Program-made: the position numbers and the translations under genes
Assembly: GCF_964204645.1 (NCBI RefSeq)
Contig: NC_134031.1
Coordinates: 6,882,001 to 6,946,000, forward strand
Direction: 5' to 3'
DNA length: 64,000 bases
From: Tubulanus polymorphus
Lineage: Eukaryota > Animalia > Nemertea
Shown: piece by piece, positions 10,601 through 22,600 of the stretch
How the letters are laid out: each line of letters begins with the position of its first letter
Numbering within the stretch: the first letter of the stretch is position 1
Notes under the pieces: generated by a model
The model's input: the letters and a program-made list of their open reading frames with translations, nothing else
Database searches by the model: none
Told to the model about the DNA's origin: nothing

Positions 10601-13600
10601 CGATGCTCGGAATCTATTTTTTTGCTACATCGAGCGAAACCAGAGTTTGGTGTTTAGTTATTATTCAAACGGTTTGAATGTGTCATAGTCAAAGGAAGGA
10701 GTGTCCTCTGTACGTGCACGTGTGAATCATACTTCCTGACATACATTTTTATTTAGATTTATCGAAATATTTGATAGAATAGAATAGTAAGTCTGCGGTC
10801 CTCTGGCCTATTACGCACGATATTGCAGTATCTGCAGGGCCGACCTGAGGAGTCACGTTCAGACGGCTTAGTTCATTAGTGAATCATTATAAATATTCTA
10901 TCAGATGCCGGTGACCCAGAATTTGTAATCAATTTGCGGTATCGGAAAGGCATGTGAACGTTGTATGTTCGCAAAAAAAAAATTCGAATAAACGTCCTCT
11001 TTTTTAATCGTTCTGTTCAAAAAGTCTGTGAAAATAGGCTGAAGATGCTGAATCCAGGATGGATCTAGATTCAATCCTGAAATTTGTTAGGCTACGGGAG
11101 AGTTGGCAGCTCTATAAGAATTGATGTCTAGCCCCTTTATCGGAAATATATAATAATAATAATAATAATGATAATAATTTATTTTCTTATATAGCGCTTA
11201 ACTAAAAATCATAATCTAAGCGCTTTACATTATAGAACATATGCAGCATATTTAAAACAATTAAGTACAACTATAGATAAGAACAATCAGATTTTTTAAA
11301 AAGGTATGTTTTAAGGCAAGCTTTAAAGCCTAGCGCACATCGACACTGCGATTGGAGACAACTAGTTGCCAGGCAGTTTTCGGCGCATGGGAGCAACTGG
11401 CTGGATACAATCAGTTGCTCGAATTTGTCGATGTGAGCGAGCTTACGACTGGTTAGCGTCCATCTATCTCCAGTTCCACCCAGTTGCTCATGTTCTACTT
11501 TTGAGCAACTAGTTGTACTCAGTTGCTCTCATATCCGTCGATGTGAGCGCTCCATAATCAACAACACATGGTTGTAACTGACTAAAACAAAGCTATTTGT
11601 CACGTGACTTGTGATGCCCTCAAGAATATTTGCTAAACCAAATCTCAGTTGCTGTCGATGTGTGCGCTATGGACCTAGCGACCGGCATGAGCCACGCAGT
11701 TGCTGGTTTTTACTAAATTTTCGATGTGCGCGGGGTACTCGCTCACTAGCAACTAGTTGTCTCCAGTCGCTTTGTTGATGTGCGCTAGGCTTAAAAGAGT
11801 CAACCGAGGGACTTTCACGGATGTTGGTCGGAAGAGTATTCCACAAACGAGGAGCACAGTAGCTGAAGGCACGGTCACCGAAAGAACGATTTGAGACAGG
11901 AACAATATATGCAAGCTTTTTGTCGCCACAGAATTGAACGTACTCCAAGGTGGGGACTGACGACCTGGAAAACCTGGGACATTCAGAGAATCAGTGAAAA
12001 CTAGAAGATATCAGAACCCCGAAAACTCAGGGAATTTGGATCTATGCTCTTGACCGGGCGTTTCTTTATCAATACGTGATTCAATGAAAAGTGAATGAAT
12101 TGTAACAATTTTAACCGGAAAATTTCTCCAATTACCTGCCAATTTATTTGGGGGGGACATGGAAAAATCAGGGAAAACTCGAGGAATTTGTAAATTGGTG
12201 GAGAGTGGCCACCCTAGCACGCTGAATTTGGTAGATTCCTTCCCCGACCAAAAAAAGCTGATTTGAATTGTCGAAACCAAAGGTATTCAGAGATCGATCC
12301 TATGATTTCCTGACATCGGTTGAAGTGTTGAGCGGTTCAGGCCTGCATGTAGATCCGTGTATCATATCCCCCGAAGAGAATCTTTCTCGTGTTTTTTTTT
12401 TTATTTTCGCAACTGTATTTTCATACCTGTGCGATATTGATTCTAACCTGACTCACTTTATAGTGAATCATTATCAACATGAATATACCTGCACCAGCCG
12501 TATAGCGTTAGTATTCCGGGTGGTGCAGCACGGCGGCAGCGGCGGCTGAGAGGTAGCTGCTCAGAGTGCCTCGATCATCGTTTCTATAATAACACCTGTT
12601 GTGCGTGTAACCTATATCGTCGTCTCCCGGTAGAAAATGAGGACTTTCTCTTTACGGGCACATTGCATATAATACCTCGATACAGGTATGTTCCGATTCT
12701 CGGTGGTCATCACCGTTTCCAATAAGTGTGGCTCCGAGAATATTTAATCATAACCCATTGGAGTGTTTTGGCCAGAGTGTGTTTTGCCTTTTGGGACATC
12801 AAAGTGTTGGGATGTGACAAGTCCTTCAAGATTGGCCCTTCAAGATTCACCGTTTCCAATAAGTGTGGCTCTGAGTACATTTGATCATAACCCATTGGAG
12901 TGTTTTGGCCAGAGTGTTTTTTGCCTTTTGGGACATCAAAGTGTTGGGATGTGACAAGTCCTTCAAGATTCACCGTTTCCAATAAGTGTGGCTCTGAGTA
13001 CATTTAATCTTAACCCATTGGAGTGTTTTGGCCAGAATGTTTTTTGCCTTTTGGGACATCAAAGTGTTAGAATGTGACAAGTCCTTCAAGATTGGCCCCT
13101 TAGCGCTAGTGAAAAGTGTCTTCTAAATTAGTCCATTCCATTTTAGAATGTCGCAATTTGCTCTGACCCGAAAGTGCGATCTACTGTACATGAATAAAAC
13201 CCCCCTGTTGATTGTTTGGATGAACCGGAACCGAATTTCCAATTATGTTCTCTGATTTAAAAAAACATTCTGTTAACTCGACCGCCGATCACACAACTAG
13301 TCTGTACTTCGATTTCCGATTTCAAAATCAAACCCCCTGTTTCGCTTCCGGCAGGTGTGGTGGGTCTGTAAGGGAAACTCAATCGAAAAATCAAACGAAA
13401 CTTACAACCAAATTGATAAATAATGGAGATAAAGGGGATTCCCTATTTTAAGATCAAAATAGCAGTGCTGTGTCTAGCTGGACAATCGGTAACTGCTTTC
13501 AGAAAACATGCGTGAACGCATAATCATTGATTTGGTCCATTCTCAATCGGTCTGTTCCAGGTACTGGTCAAATTTAGCATGAATACAGCTATTGATACAA

Positions 13601-16600
13601 TTCTTTTTTCAAATCCTAATTCTATTTATTTTACATACCAGATTTCGTCGTAAGTTTCTACTTGAAAACGATTGACAGTTTTGAAAGCAGTAAATAACTG
13701 ATTATACTGAGCTTTAGTTGAAATGAGTGACAGGGTTCAAGATATCTTTAATCTATAGTTATTTGTTCATATATCAAGAGATATCTGAAAATTATGAATG
13801 TTATTATATTGCTCTTATGGACTTATGGACTTTCATTGCACTGTATTCCACTTTCTGCCATCTCCACACTGGGGGGGGGGGGGGGGGGGTTTGGGGTCGC
13901 TGGTCATTCATATATGAAGCATTAACTTTTTAATTTCGGGTTGGGGGGTCAGAAAAAGAAATCAGCTAGTTTATGACCAGTCCTCTCTATACACTTTTTA
14001 TAACAGTACCGTATGTTGTATAATATAGGCTGATGCCATCACATTTCACTCTAGTTCTGAGGAAATAGTGAAAATAAGTCAAACATCTGAGTATGTGTAA
14101 AGTATTTTGTTATGTATTGGAGTTCTTTGAACTCGTTTCATAAGAGGATGGATAATGGAAAAGTCTGTGAATTTAGTACATTTCAGCCAGGTTACAGTAG
14201 CGAGTGGAATCACTTACACGGAAAATGTGGTTTATTTGATATAAAATACCTGCGAGTATCAATAAACTTACAAATTCAAGAAGTAAACTGCCTGCGGTCT
14301 GAATAGTGTATGTACTTATACATGCATTCCTCTCCTGACGTACTGAATGGTGTTTTTGTATTTCTAGGAATGATGATGCTACAATGACGAGTACGAGCCC
14401 AGCAGTTGTTGTTAATAAAGATCTGTACGAGTTTCTTCAAGAGGCAGAGTTAGAACATTACTACAACACGTTCAAAACTGAACTGAAGGTAGGATGATTT
14501 TGAAATTAAAAATTCGACCGGGCGGGGTTGCCACCGACCTGAAAATCAGGAAAAAAGTCGGGGAATTTGGTTAAAAAAGCTAATATACAGGGAAAAGTCA
14601 AGGAAATTTGTTGAGATTGCTGGATTGAACGTAAAATCAATCAGTTTCCGTCCTTGCGTATTTGACAGTAGTGTTAATTGATTGGATTCTTAGCAGATCA
14701 AGTCAGGGCAAACAACTTGAATGTCCTAGTCAGGGAAAAGTCAAATTGAGGTGGCCACCCTGTTGTAAAGATACCAGGTAAAATACATCGCGGGCTCAGT
14801 TGAGAGTTTGCTATCGCTCGACGCTGAAAATCCACGTTACTGCTCGCACTCCACTCAATAACAGTGAGGCGTATTTCTGGAACCCACTTGTCTTCAATAG
14901 CTCTCGATCTGAATGTTCCTTACAATTGAAACGGTTTGAACCAACTTAAACCTAGGTGTAATATGATGAAAAAAATATTGAATAACGCGAAATAAGTGTC
15001 GGTGGCCGAGATATCTTTATTTCTTCCGTGCACGGTGTCCCAGGACGCCTAGGTACATTTACGTAAGCCTTCCAGCACTCGCCTTGTCGGGTATATATAC
15101 AAATGGTGTCTTTTCCGAGATACAATAGTTGCATAAGTTCTGTCACCTTCATTCCATTCTTGAAACTGAACCCGTGACATAAGAGACTGTTTGGCCTGTA
15201 TCAGGTCCGAGCCAAATTTGGTCCCAGCCTAATTAGAGAGCGCGCCTAAACGCAAACCATTCACTTGGTAGTAATCGAAACGAAGTCATTTACGGAATCA
15301 GTTGCTATTTAAACGCAATCATTTGTCCCGTTCTGAAATTTGGCTCTGACTCATTTGGCAACCGTGTGAACAGTAGTCCTGGGCCAAATTTGGCCCGGGC
15401 CAAAAATACTCGTGTGATCGCGGCTACGTAGTGAATATACGTACAAAGGATTGATCTTCGTAAAAACTTAAGAATTGGTTGATGTGTGCAACAGAGGTCT
15501 GGTTACTCCTATCTCTCTCTCTAATGAGAAATAACATGTGTTCTGAACGTAAAGCGATGAATGTGCAACGTAAAATATCTTTCTTTCTTTTTTCATCGAG
15601 GAGTTAAAACCCAGGGTATAGCAGTTGTAACGTTTCATTTGAGTTGTATAGGCCTCAGTTCAGCGGTAAACTATCCCCCCCCCCCCCCCCGCCCGCCTCT
15701 GCTCTGGTGGATAGAAAAAAAACGTGTATATCGAATTTATTTGACTGTTTTACTTCAGCGGCCTCTTCTCACGTGAAAACTTGAAAAAACGTGCTGAAAA
15801 AAATGTTATTATCTTTATGCGAATGGAGAACACGCGAAGTTCCACAGAGTTACCGTAGTTATCGATGCAGTTACACTCGCTCGTTGGTGTTACTACTATC
15901 AGGCCGACCGACTCTCTTGAGCTGTGGCGAGTGACTCATCTCATTCAATCGTGTACGTACGATGTTTGATTAGTACTTGCTGATCTATTGTCGTCGTCGC
16001 CGCCGTCCTACAACGTGATATGTCAGTGAGCTCGAAAAAACGCAGCCCCAGGAAATTAAAACAGTTTTTAGGACCTGTCGCTACTTGAAATGCACTTGAG
16101 GACACTTCATCTAGGCTATAACACAAGACGTGACTCTCCATCTGACTTGATTATACGAGCCCTTACTAGAGCCCTTGCTACGTTGAAACGTTGATATGAT
16201 ACTGCAGCGCTTATAGTAATTCTACCTTTTCTTCCGACCCCAGGGGCCAGTTGCACAGTCGTGACTTAGGTCCAAAAGTGGTCTTTAATCTTAAGCTATA
16301 GAATCTTAAATCTTAAGCTATATGACAGCTATAGAACTGAGATAGTCTTAGATCCGTCTCTAAGCCTTGACTATGGAACAGGCCCCTGGTTCCTCAGTTA
16401 TGAGTTAGAGTGGAGTTAAGATCAGTTCATTTTCAATGTTTGAACTCTAAGAGTCAAATCTAACTCGGAACTGTGGAACTAGATCCTGAAAGCTACCCCT
16501 GTTTTATGATTATTTCATTAAAAAGATTAATTGAATCTTGAAGATTAATAAATCTTGAACTGTACTCGATCAAGGCGACACCCCTTGGTTTCGGTCAGTA

Positions 16601-19600
16601 ATCCGTCGGACCTCCCCAGTGATTTGTCATAGTTGATTAATATTGATTAGCCAGCTGTACACGCGACCTTGCGACCTTTCATCCTCCTAGAAACTCGAAT
16701 TACAGATCTGATGAATCGGTCTCTGTTGCGGTTTGACCCTGCACAGACATTTCCTGTAGTTTTTTGAACAATCAGCCCGATTAAAGATGTGGAACCCGAG
16801 CTGTCAATGCGGTTTTGAAATTCGATGACACCTCGAGCTGAAAGGGTTTAGTAGCATCAGCGTACTACAATGGGACAATCCTTTTTGAATTGTTCGAAAC
16901 ATCAATTTCGTGGTTAACCAAATATCCACTTAATTCCGGCAGGATGTCTAACCTCGATATCGTTATTTACAGTTGATCAAAGATTGTTGAGCAGCGCAAT
17001 AAAAACAATCACATTTTAGTTCAAATCGAGTGATGATTCACTATATATATTGATAGTAGATGTTTGCCAGACCACCCCTCCTTCTCTACTCAACTGATGG
17101 TTTCTCGTAGGATTTTTTGCAGGTTTGCAGGATGCCCCAATGTTTTCTGCATCATCATCATCGTAGTCGGCAAACTTTACGTAAGTTTGTTTAATCCACG
17201 AAACTGATAAATCTCGTAGCTTCGCCGCCGGATTTCGTCCGATGCTCATCTCCCGGGATAACTGCGGTGCGATGCCAAAGCCGGTTCTGAAACAGGAGTT
17301 TTCTGGATTCTCAGCGACGTTGGTATCGAATTCCAACGGATCATTTAAATAGGTACCAAATTTTAGTGGATTCCGCGATGTATCGGGCTTCGTGATACCG
17401 ATATCGGACTCGGATTCATTGATCCTGGTATCTGACTTTACTGGATTCTTTGATACCTGGAATCAAACTTTACTGGATTCAACAATCCTGGTAGTAGCTG
17501 ACTATCTAATTTGTTAATCTTGGTATCAGCAGGGAACACTTCCCTGGTATCAGACTCTATTGGATTGTTTGATCCAGGTTGCAGACTTTACTGGATTCAT
17601 TGATCCTGGTATCACACTTTACTGGATTGTTTGATCCTGGTAGCAGACTTTACTGGATTCATTGATCCAGGTTGCAGACTTTACTGGATTCATTGATTCT
17701 GGTAGCAGACCTAACTGGATTCTTTGATACTGGAATCAGACTTTACTGGATTCATTGATCCTGGAAGCAGACTTTACTGGATTCATTGATTCTGGTAGCA
17801 GACCTTACTGGATTCTTTGATACTGGAATCAGACTTTACTGGATTCTGTGCGATATCAACTTCTGTTTCGCACAATGATATTCAAGAATTCATCGAAATA
17901 ATATACTGTATGCTTTATGATTGATTGCGATATATGCCAATAATTATCTGTGCAGTGACAGTCGAGGATGTGCGCGCACGATTCATCAAATTTGGTTATT
18001 TTATTTTCGTTCAAGACGTAACTTCATATCTGCTGTCTGGAGAGAGAGTAAATGTGTGCAAGAAACTGAAGTGCTTAGTAACTGTTGTAATATCAGGAGG
18101 CACCGGGAGTCCAGAGTATTTAATGTTATAGTTGTAGTGTAATATTGGAGGCAGGAGTCCAGATTCTGATACATGTTTAATGTGAGACACACATTAAGCA
18201 CACATGGTTCTACTATAGATTCACTTTTATCCCCATCTCCAGTACATTTCCCGTATCGATGCCTGCCGACTATGAACCTATAAACTGGGAGGAAAAATAT
18301 CTGCTGAGTCATTGAAAAAAATACGGACATGTCTTACTACAGCAGTCCCGGCGGAGGGGACTACGGCCTGTCGTTGTTGACGATATCGACCTGGTACAAC
18401 GAGGTCAATCGATCCGACGTTAAGTATGATGACGCAAAGAATGAAACTGAAGAGGAGGATATTTACAGTACGGTATGTTCGGAGAGTTTTCGAGAGGGAT
18501 AGGGTGAAATATTTGCCCAGTTGAGTGAGGTCTGAAATTTTGCAAATCAACAATTATTCATCTCTTATTTTCATAGTGTTTCGATTTGACGCGAGTTAAA
18601 GATTAGTGCCTCGGGTTATCATACCTATTTATGGTAGGCCTAACAGTCAAACTTTAAGGGCTTACTTTGATGCACAATAACCTTGGCTGTGGTTGTAAAT
18701 AGTTATTTCCAGCCTTGATGAATATCAACCCACATAACAACTGCTTAGCCGCGATCGCACAAGCCTTTTTGGCCCGGAACAACTGTTCACACGGGTGCCA
18801 AATGGGCCCGTGCCTGTTTGGCGCGACCAAAAACGTCGGACCAGGCCCGAACCAAATTTTAGCACGGGACAAATGATTGCATGCGAATTGCAACTTGTCT
18901 CGGAAATCACTCACTTTGCTTTGAGCATTGTTTATTATCGAATGACTGGTTCGATGTGAGTGCGCTCTCTGTTTAGGCATGGGCCAAATTTGGCTCGAGC
19001 CCCTGATCCATGGCAATTTGGGCCAGGTCAAATTGTCTCCGCGTGATCGTTCATTTCTTCCTTACGTTCCCCGTCTTCGAATTTTTCAAATGAACTCTGA
19101 AGATGGAAGGAGGTGGATGGAGGTGGAAGGATTCCGCCCAAAACATAAAGAAAAAACATAACCAGTCGTTTAGATGTATATTGTGGGCTTTCTCTCCGCC
19201 TTGTCTATGTTGGGCTTTGTAGAGCCATGTGGTGAGTATATACAGATTCAGTAAATTTCGGGGTATCGTGGAACCATGTATTGTCAATACTCGGCCGTAC
19301 TACGTACCACGACGAGGACGACATTACATCGGAAAGTGTCATACGTAATGAAATACGTATTTCGCAGTTATTCGAGTCGGTTTTCCGATTACGTCTTGTA
19401 TTGTATGAAAGCAAATCTGTCGGGAAGCGAGTGCAACATCGTCACATGACCGCGTGTTTTACTGGCTACAAGGATAGGATGCATGTGACAGAGGGTTCGT
19501 TGAATGTCGGTAGGGACATCGAACCCCTTGACTTTTTGCGCAGGTTTTTCAGTCTATAACACACGGCAAAACAACGGTATTGAATACATTCAGAGCGAGT

Positions 19601-22600
19601 ATGTGAGACTAATCTTCTGTTAAAAATTCATTTCTTAAGGATGGTATTCGGCACCCAGGTCTATGAAAAATGGTCCTTTAGTTTAAAATTGTTACGACCA
19701 TTTGAGAAACAAGTCGAAAGTTCCTCCTAAGACAGCAATCCATGAGACGAACGATATCATATTTCGTAGAAGAGTTATTTATTCTAGGTATATGTAGTAC
19801 TGTGGTCTGGCCGTATTTGTAAACCATGACCCTGGCCGTATTTGTAATAAACCATGACCGTTAAAACCCAATACAGTCCATCTCACAATATGTTAGTTAC
19901 ATTAACGGAAAAAAATACGTGTTTACGAGATAGAATGACAAAGACGTTTTGAATACATGTTGTACATAGACGTAACAAAAATGTATTGTTACGGACATGA
20001 TCTATGAAGTCAGCTCTTGGTTAAGTCAGGTTTTCAGAACTTCCAATGTTGACTTTGGCCCAGTTTTCGCCACTAGTTTCCAGCCATAGATTGATTTTCG
20101 ACTAAAAAACGATGCAGTCAAAAAGCTGTCCCCGCACAAAAATGTGGGATGGAAAACTCTCACCCGACTTCGCACTTCAGAACTTTCTACGCGCAGTCTT
20201 TGGCCCAGTTTTCCTCGATGGGATTTCTTTGATGTTTCTCCAGAAATAGAAACACTTGTGTTCGATCTATTACTGACGATGATGAGTAATAGCGTTTAAT
20301 GCGTTTGACGATTATATCAGATTATATCAGTTCGTCCCGGAGTTGAATCTTCCTTAAAGTAATTTCCTTTGATCGAGTAGCGAGTGGCGGGGCGACCATC
20401 CTAAACTGCCCGAGATGCGCTAGCCGAATTTCGACGCCGAATCATGCAGCCGAGCCAAATTTTTAAAAACGCACAGGCCATCTGAAAGACTGAGTATCAG
20501 GGATGAAAATCTTCCGACCTTTTCTAACATTTTCTTTATTCCTGAGAACAGTGTAAATCACCTCAATCGCTTTAATCACCTCAATCGGCGTCACATCGGA
20601 GCGCTCCGTAGTTAGGAGTGCTCCTTAAGACGGTTTTCGGCAGTTGTTAGCACAACTGTGGAGTCGGAGAAACCAATATGGCGTCTCATTCAAAAAGCGG
20701 CTCTAATTCAGGCCCAAACTATTAACATTTTGACCAAACGGAAGTAAGTTTTTTGGCTAAAAGTTACTGATTTTTGTTCCCCCAAAATATTTTTTTTTGA
20801 AAATATTTTCCGACTTTTTCAATATGGGCCGTTTTCTTCCCTGGTAATGCAGGAGGGGCCATCAGAGAAACTGCGATTAACGCAAGGGCCATCAGAGAGA
20901 CTGCGAGTAACTTAGGGGCCATCAGAGAATCTGCAAGTATTCGATATTCCTGTGTGCAGTGGCTGGATGAACATCTTAAGTCCTGATATCTTTCTTAAGC
21001 CGTGATCACACAAATATTTTTGGTCCGGGCAAATTAGGCCTGAAACAACCATTTGTTCACACTAGTGCCCAATCGGCTCGACCAAAAACGTTATACCAGG
21101 CCCGAGCCAAAATCTAGCATTGGTCAAATGGTTGCTTGTGAATTGCAAAAATTGTGAATTGGACCCGGAAATGACTCACTTCGTTTTGTTTGAACATATT
21201 TTAGTTATTGAGTGAGTGGTTTACGTGTGAACGCACTCTCTTATTAGGCATGGGCCAAATTTGACTCAGGCCTGATGTGGCAATCTTTTAATTACTAGGG
21301 AATGTGGATCCACTGCCTGTGATTCTGCCAAAAATATGATGTGGAATATTTTTGTAGTTTGTTTAGAAAAAAAATTCGAATTTCCGCCTGAATTGTCAAT
21401 CCAAATGGTTTTCTTCATTTCTCCATTTCTCCTGTCATTTGAATTCAATTCAACACGATTTTTGTGAGTTTCTCATTGTTTTCTGCACTTATTCCAAGAT
21501 TTTATGTGGAAAATACTGGATTAATGAAGAAAAAACAATTTCTTATATAATTAATTAGAAAATGTATAAAAAAAATTTTAAAAGATTTTCTTTCATTTTC
21601 TTCCAGTGATCGCCTTTTCATATTTTCCTCGCAGAATCTGTGCACCAGTAGGCTCATTGAAAAATGGCCTGATGGTGTTACGAATTATTATTCGCTGACG
21701 GCCGATCTCACTCATTTCAGTTTTACATATTTGAACGAGTCATATTTCGGCAAAATTTGCCTATAGGCGTATCGGTGGTATAATATCGCTGGATCGCTGG
21801 TTACGTTGTTTGAGTTATGACAAAGTTGTGACGTTTGGAATCATCTGTTATGATAAATGGCGGTGTTATATTTGATAGTTTGTATAGGAATTAATTACCT
21901 ATGATGGTTATTATTAACCGTTGCTCTGATACTTTACGTAAACAGACGAGTAATTATTAAAAATACGTAAACGCCGCGTTATTTACTGTCAATACGGGAC
22001 GTGCGAGTCGATCGACGAATGGAGATATTAGGAATTACGGTTTTAACCCATTCACTGCCTGTATTTTTATGTAATTTTTTAGCATAACCTGTAAAAAATT
22101 TTCGATAAAAACTCTGCGACCTTGAAGTTAAGTTTGTGTCTTTACTACCGATAGAATTTTATCAATATCCGGCAGGTAGAGACACTTACTAGTGAGTTTT
22201 TATTCAGCTCCGCAGTTTCCGGTCAAATTATGCCCCCAACCATCTTGGGAGTGGCAGGTATAGGGTTAACGGCTTTTTCAGGCAGTCATGGGTCTGGTAT
22301 CATGCGGCATCTAGGATTCAAATGTGCTATAGGGTACTTTGAAAAAAATTTGATGGACAAGTCTCGTAAGTCCTCCTGGATCCGCCCCTGAAGACAGTTT
22401 AGGTACAAACCTCTGCTATAGGATGATGACCCAATGTACAACTATTTGCATGGAAATGTGATGAGCTAATCAGATTCCCATTTCAAAGACAATATATCGA
22501 CTGAATGAAAATACATTCTCTATTGCTAATGATGCTATCATATTCCGAAGTGGAATGGCTTAGCACCCGGTTTACTAGTAGGGTAGGGTTTCAAATCGTC

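Noticed and set aside
12710-13003. ORF with a repeated [15 protein letters not shown] peptide
   Set aside because: Derived from a tandem DNA repeat whose units differ by frame-shifting lengths.
17016-17336. 106-aa minus-strand ORF, and a plus-strand AG...GTAAGT segment (17123-17180)
   Set aside because: No recognisable domain; the plus-strand segment is not frame-preserving and has no further support.
17410-17846. CRISPR-like periodic array (constant ACTTTACTGGATT plus a variable part)
   Set aside because: The variable parts are mutated versions of one another rather than unique spacers; the context is a eukaryotic intron with no cas genes. It is a minisatellite.
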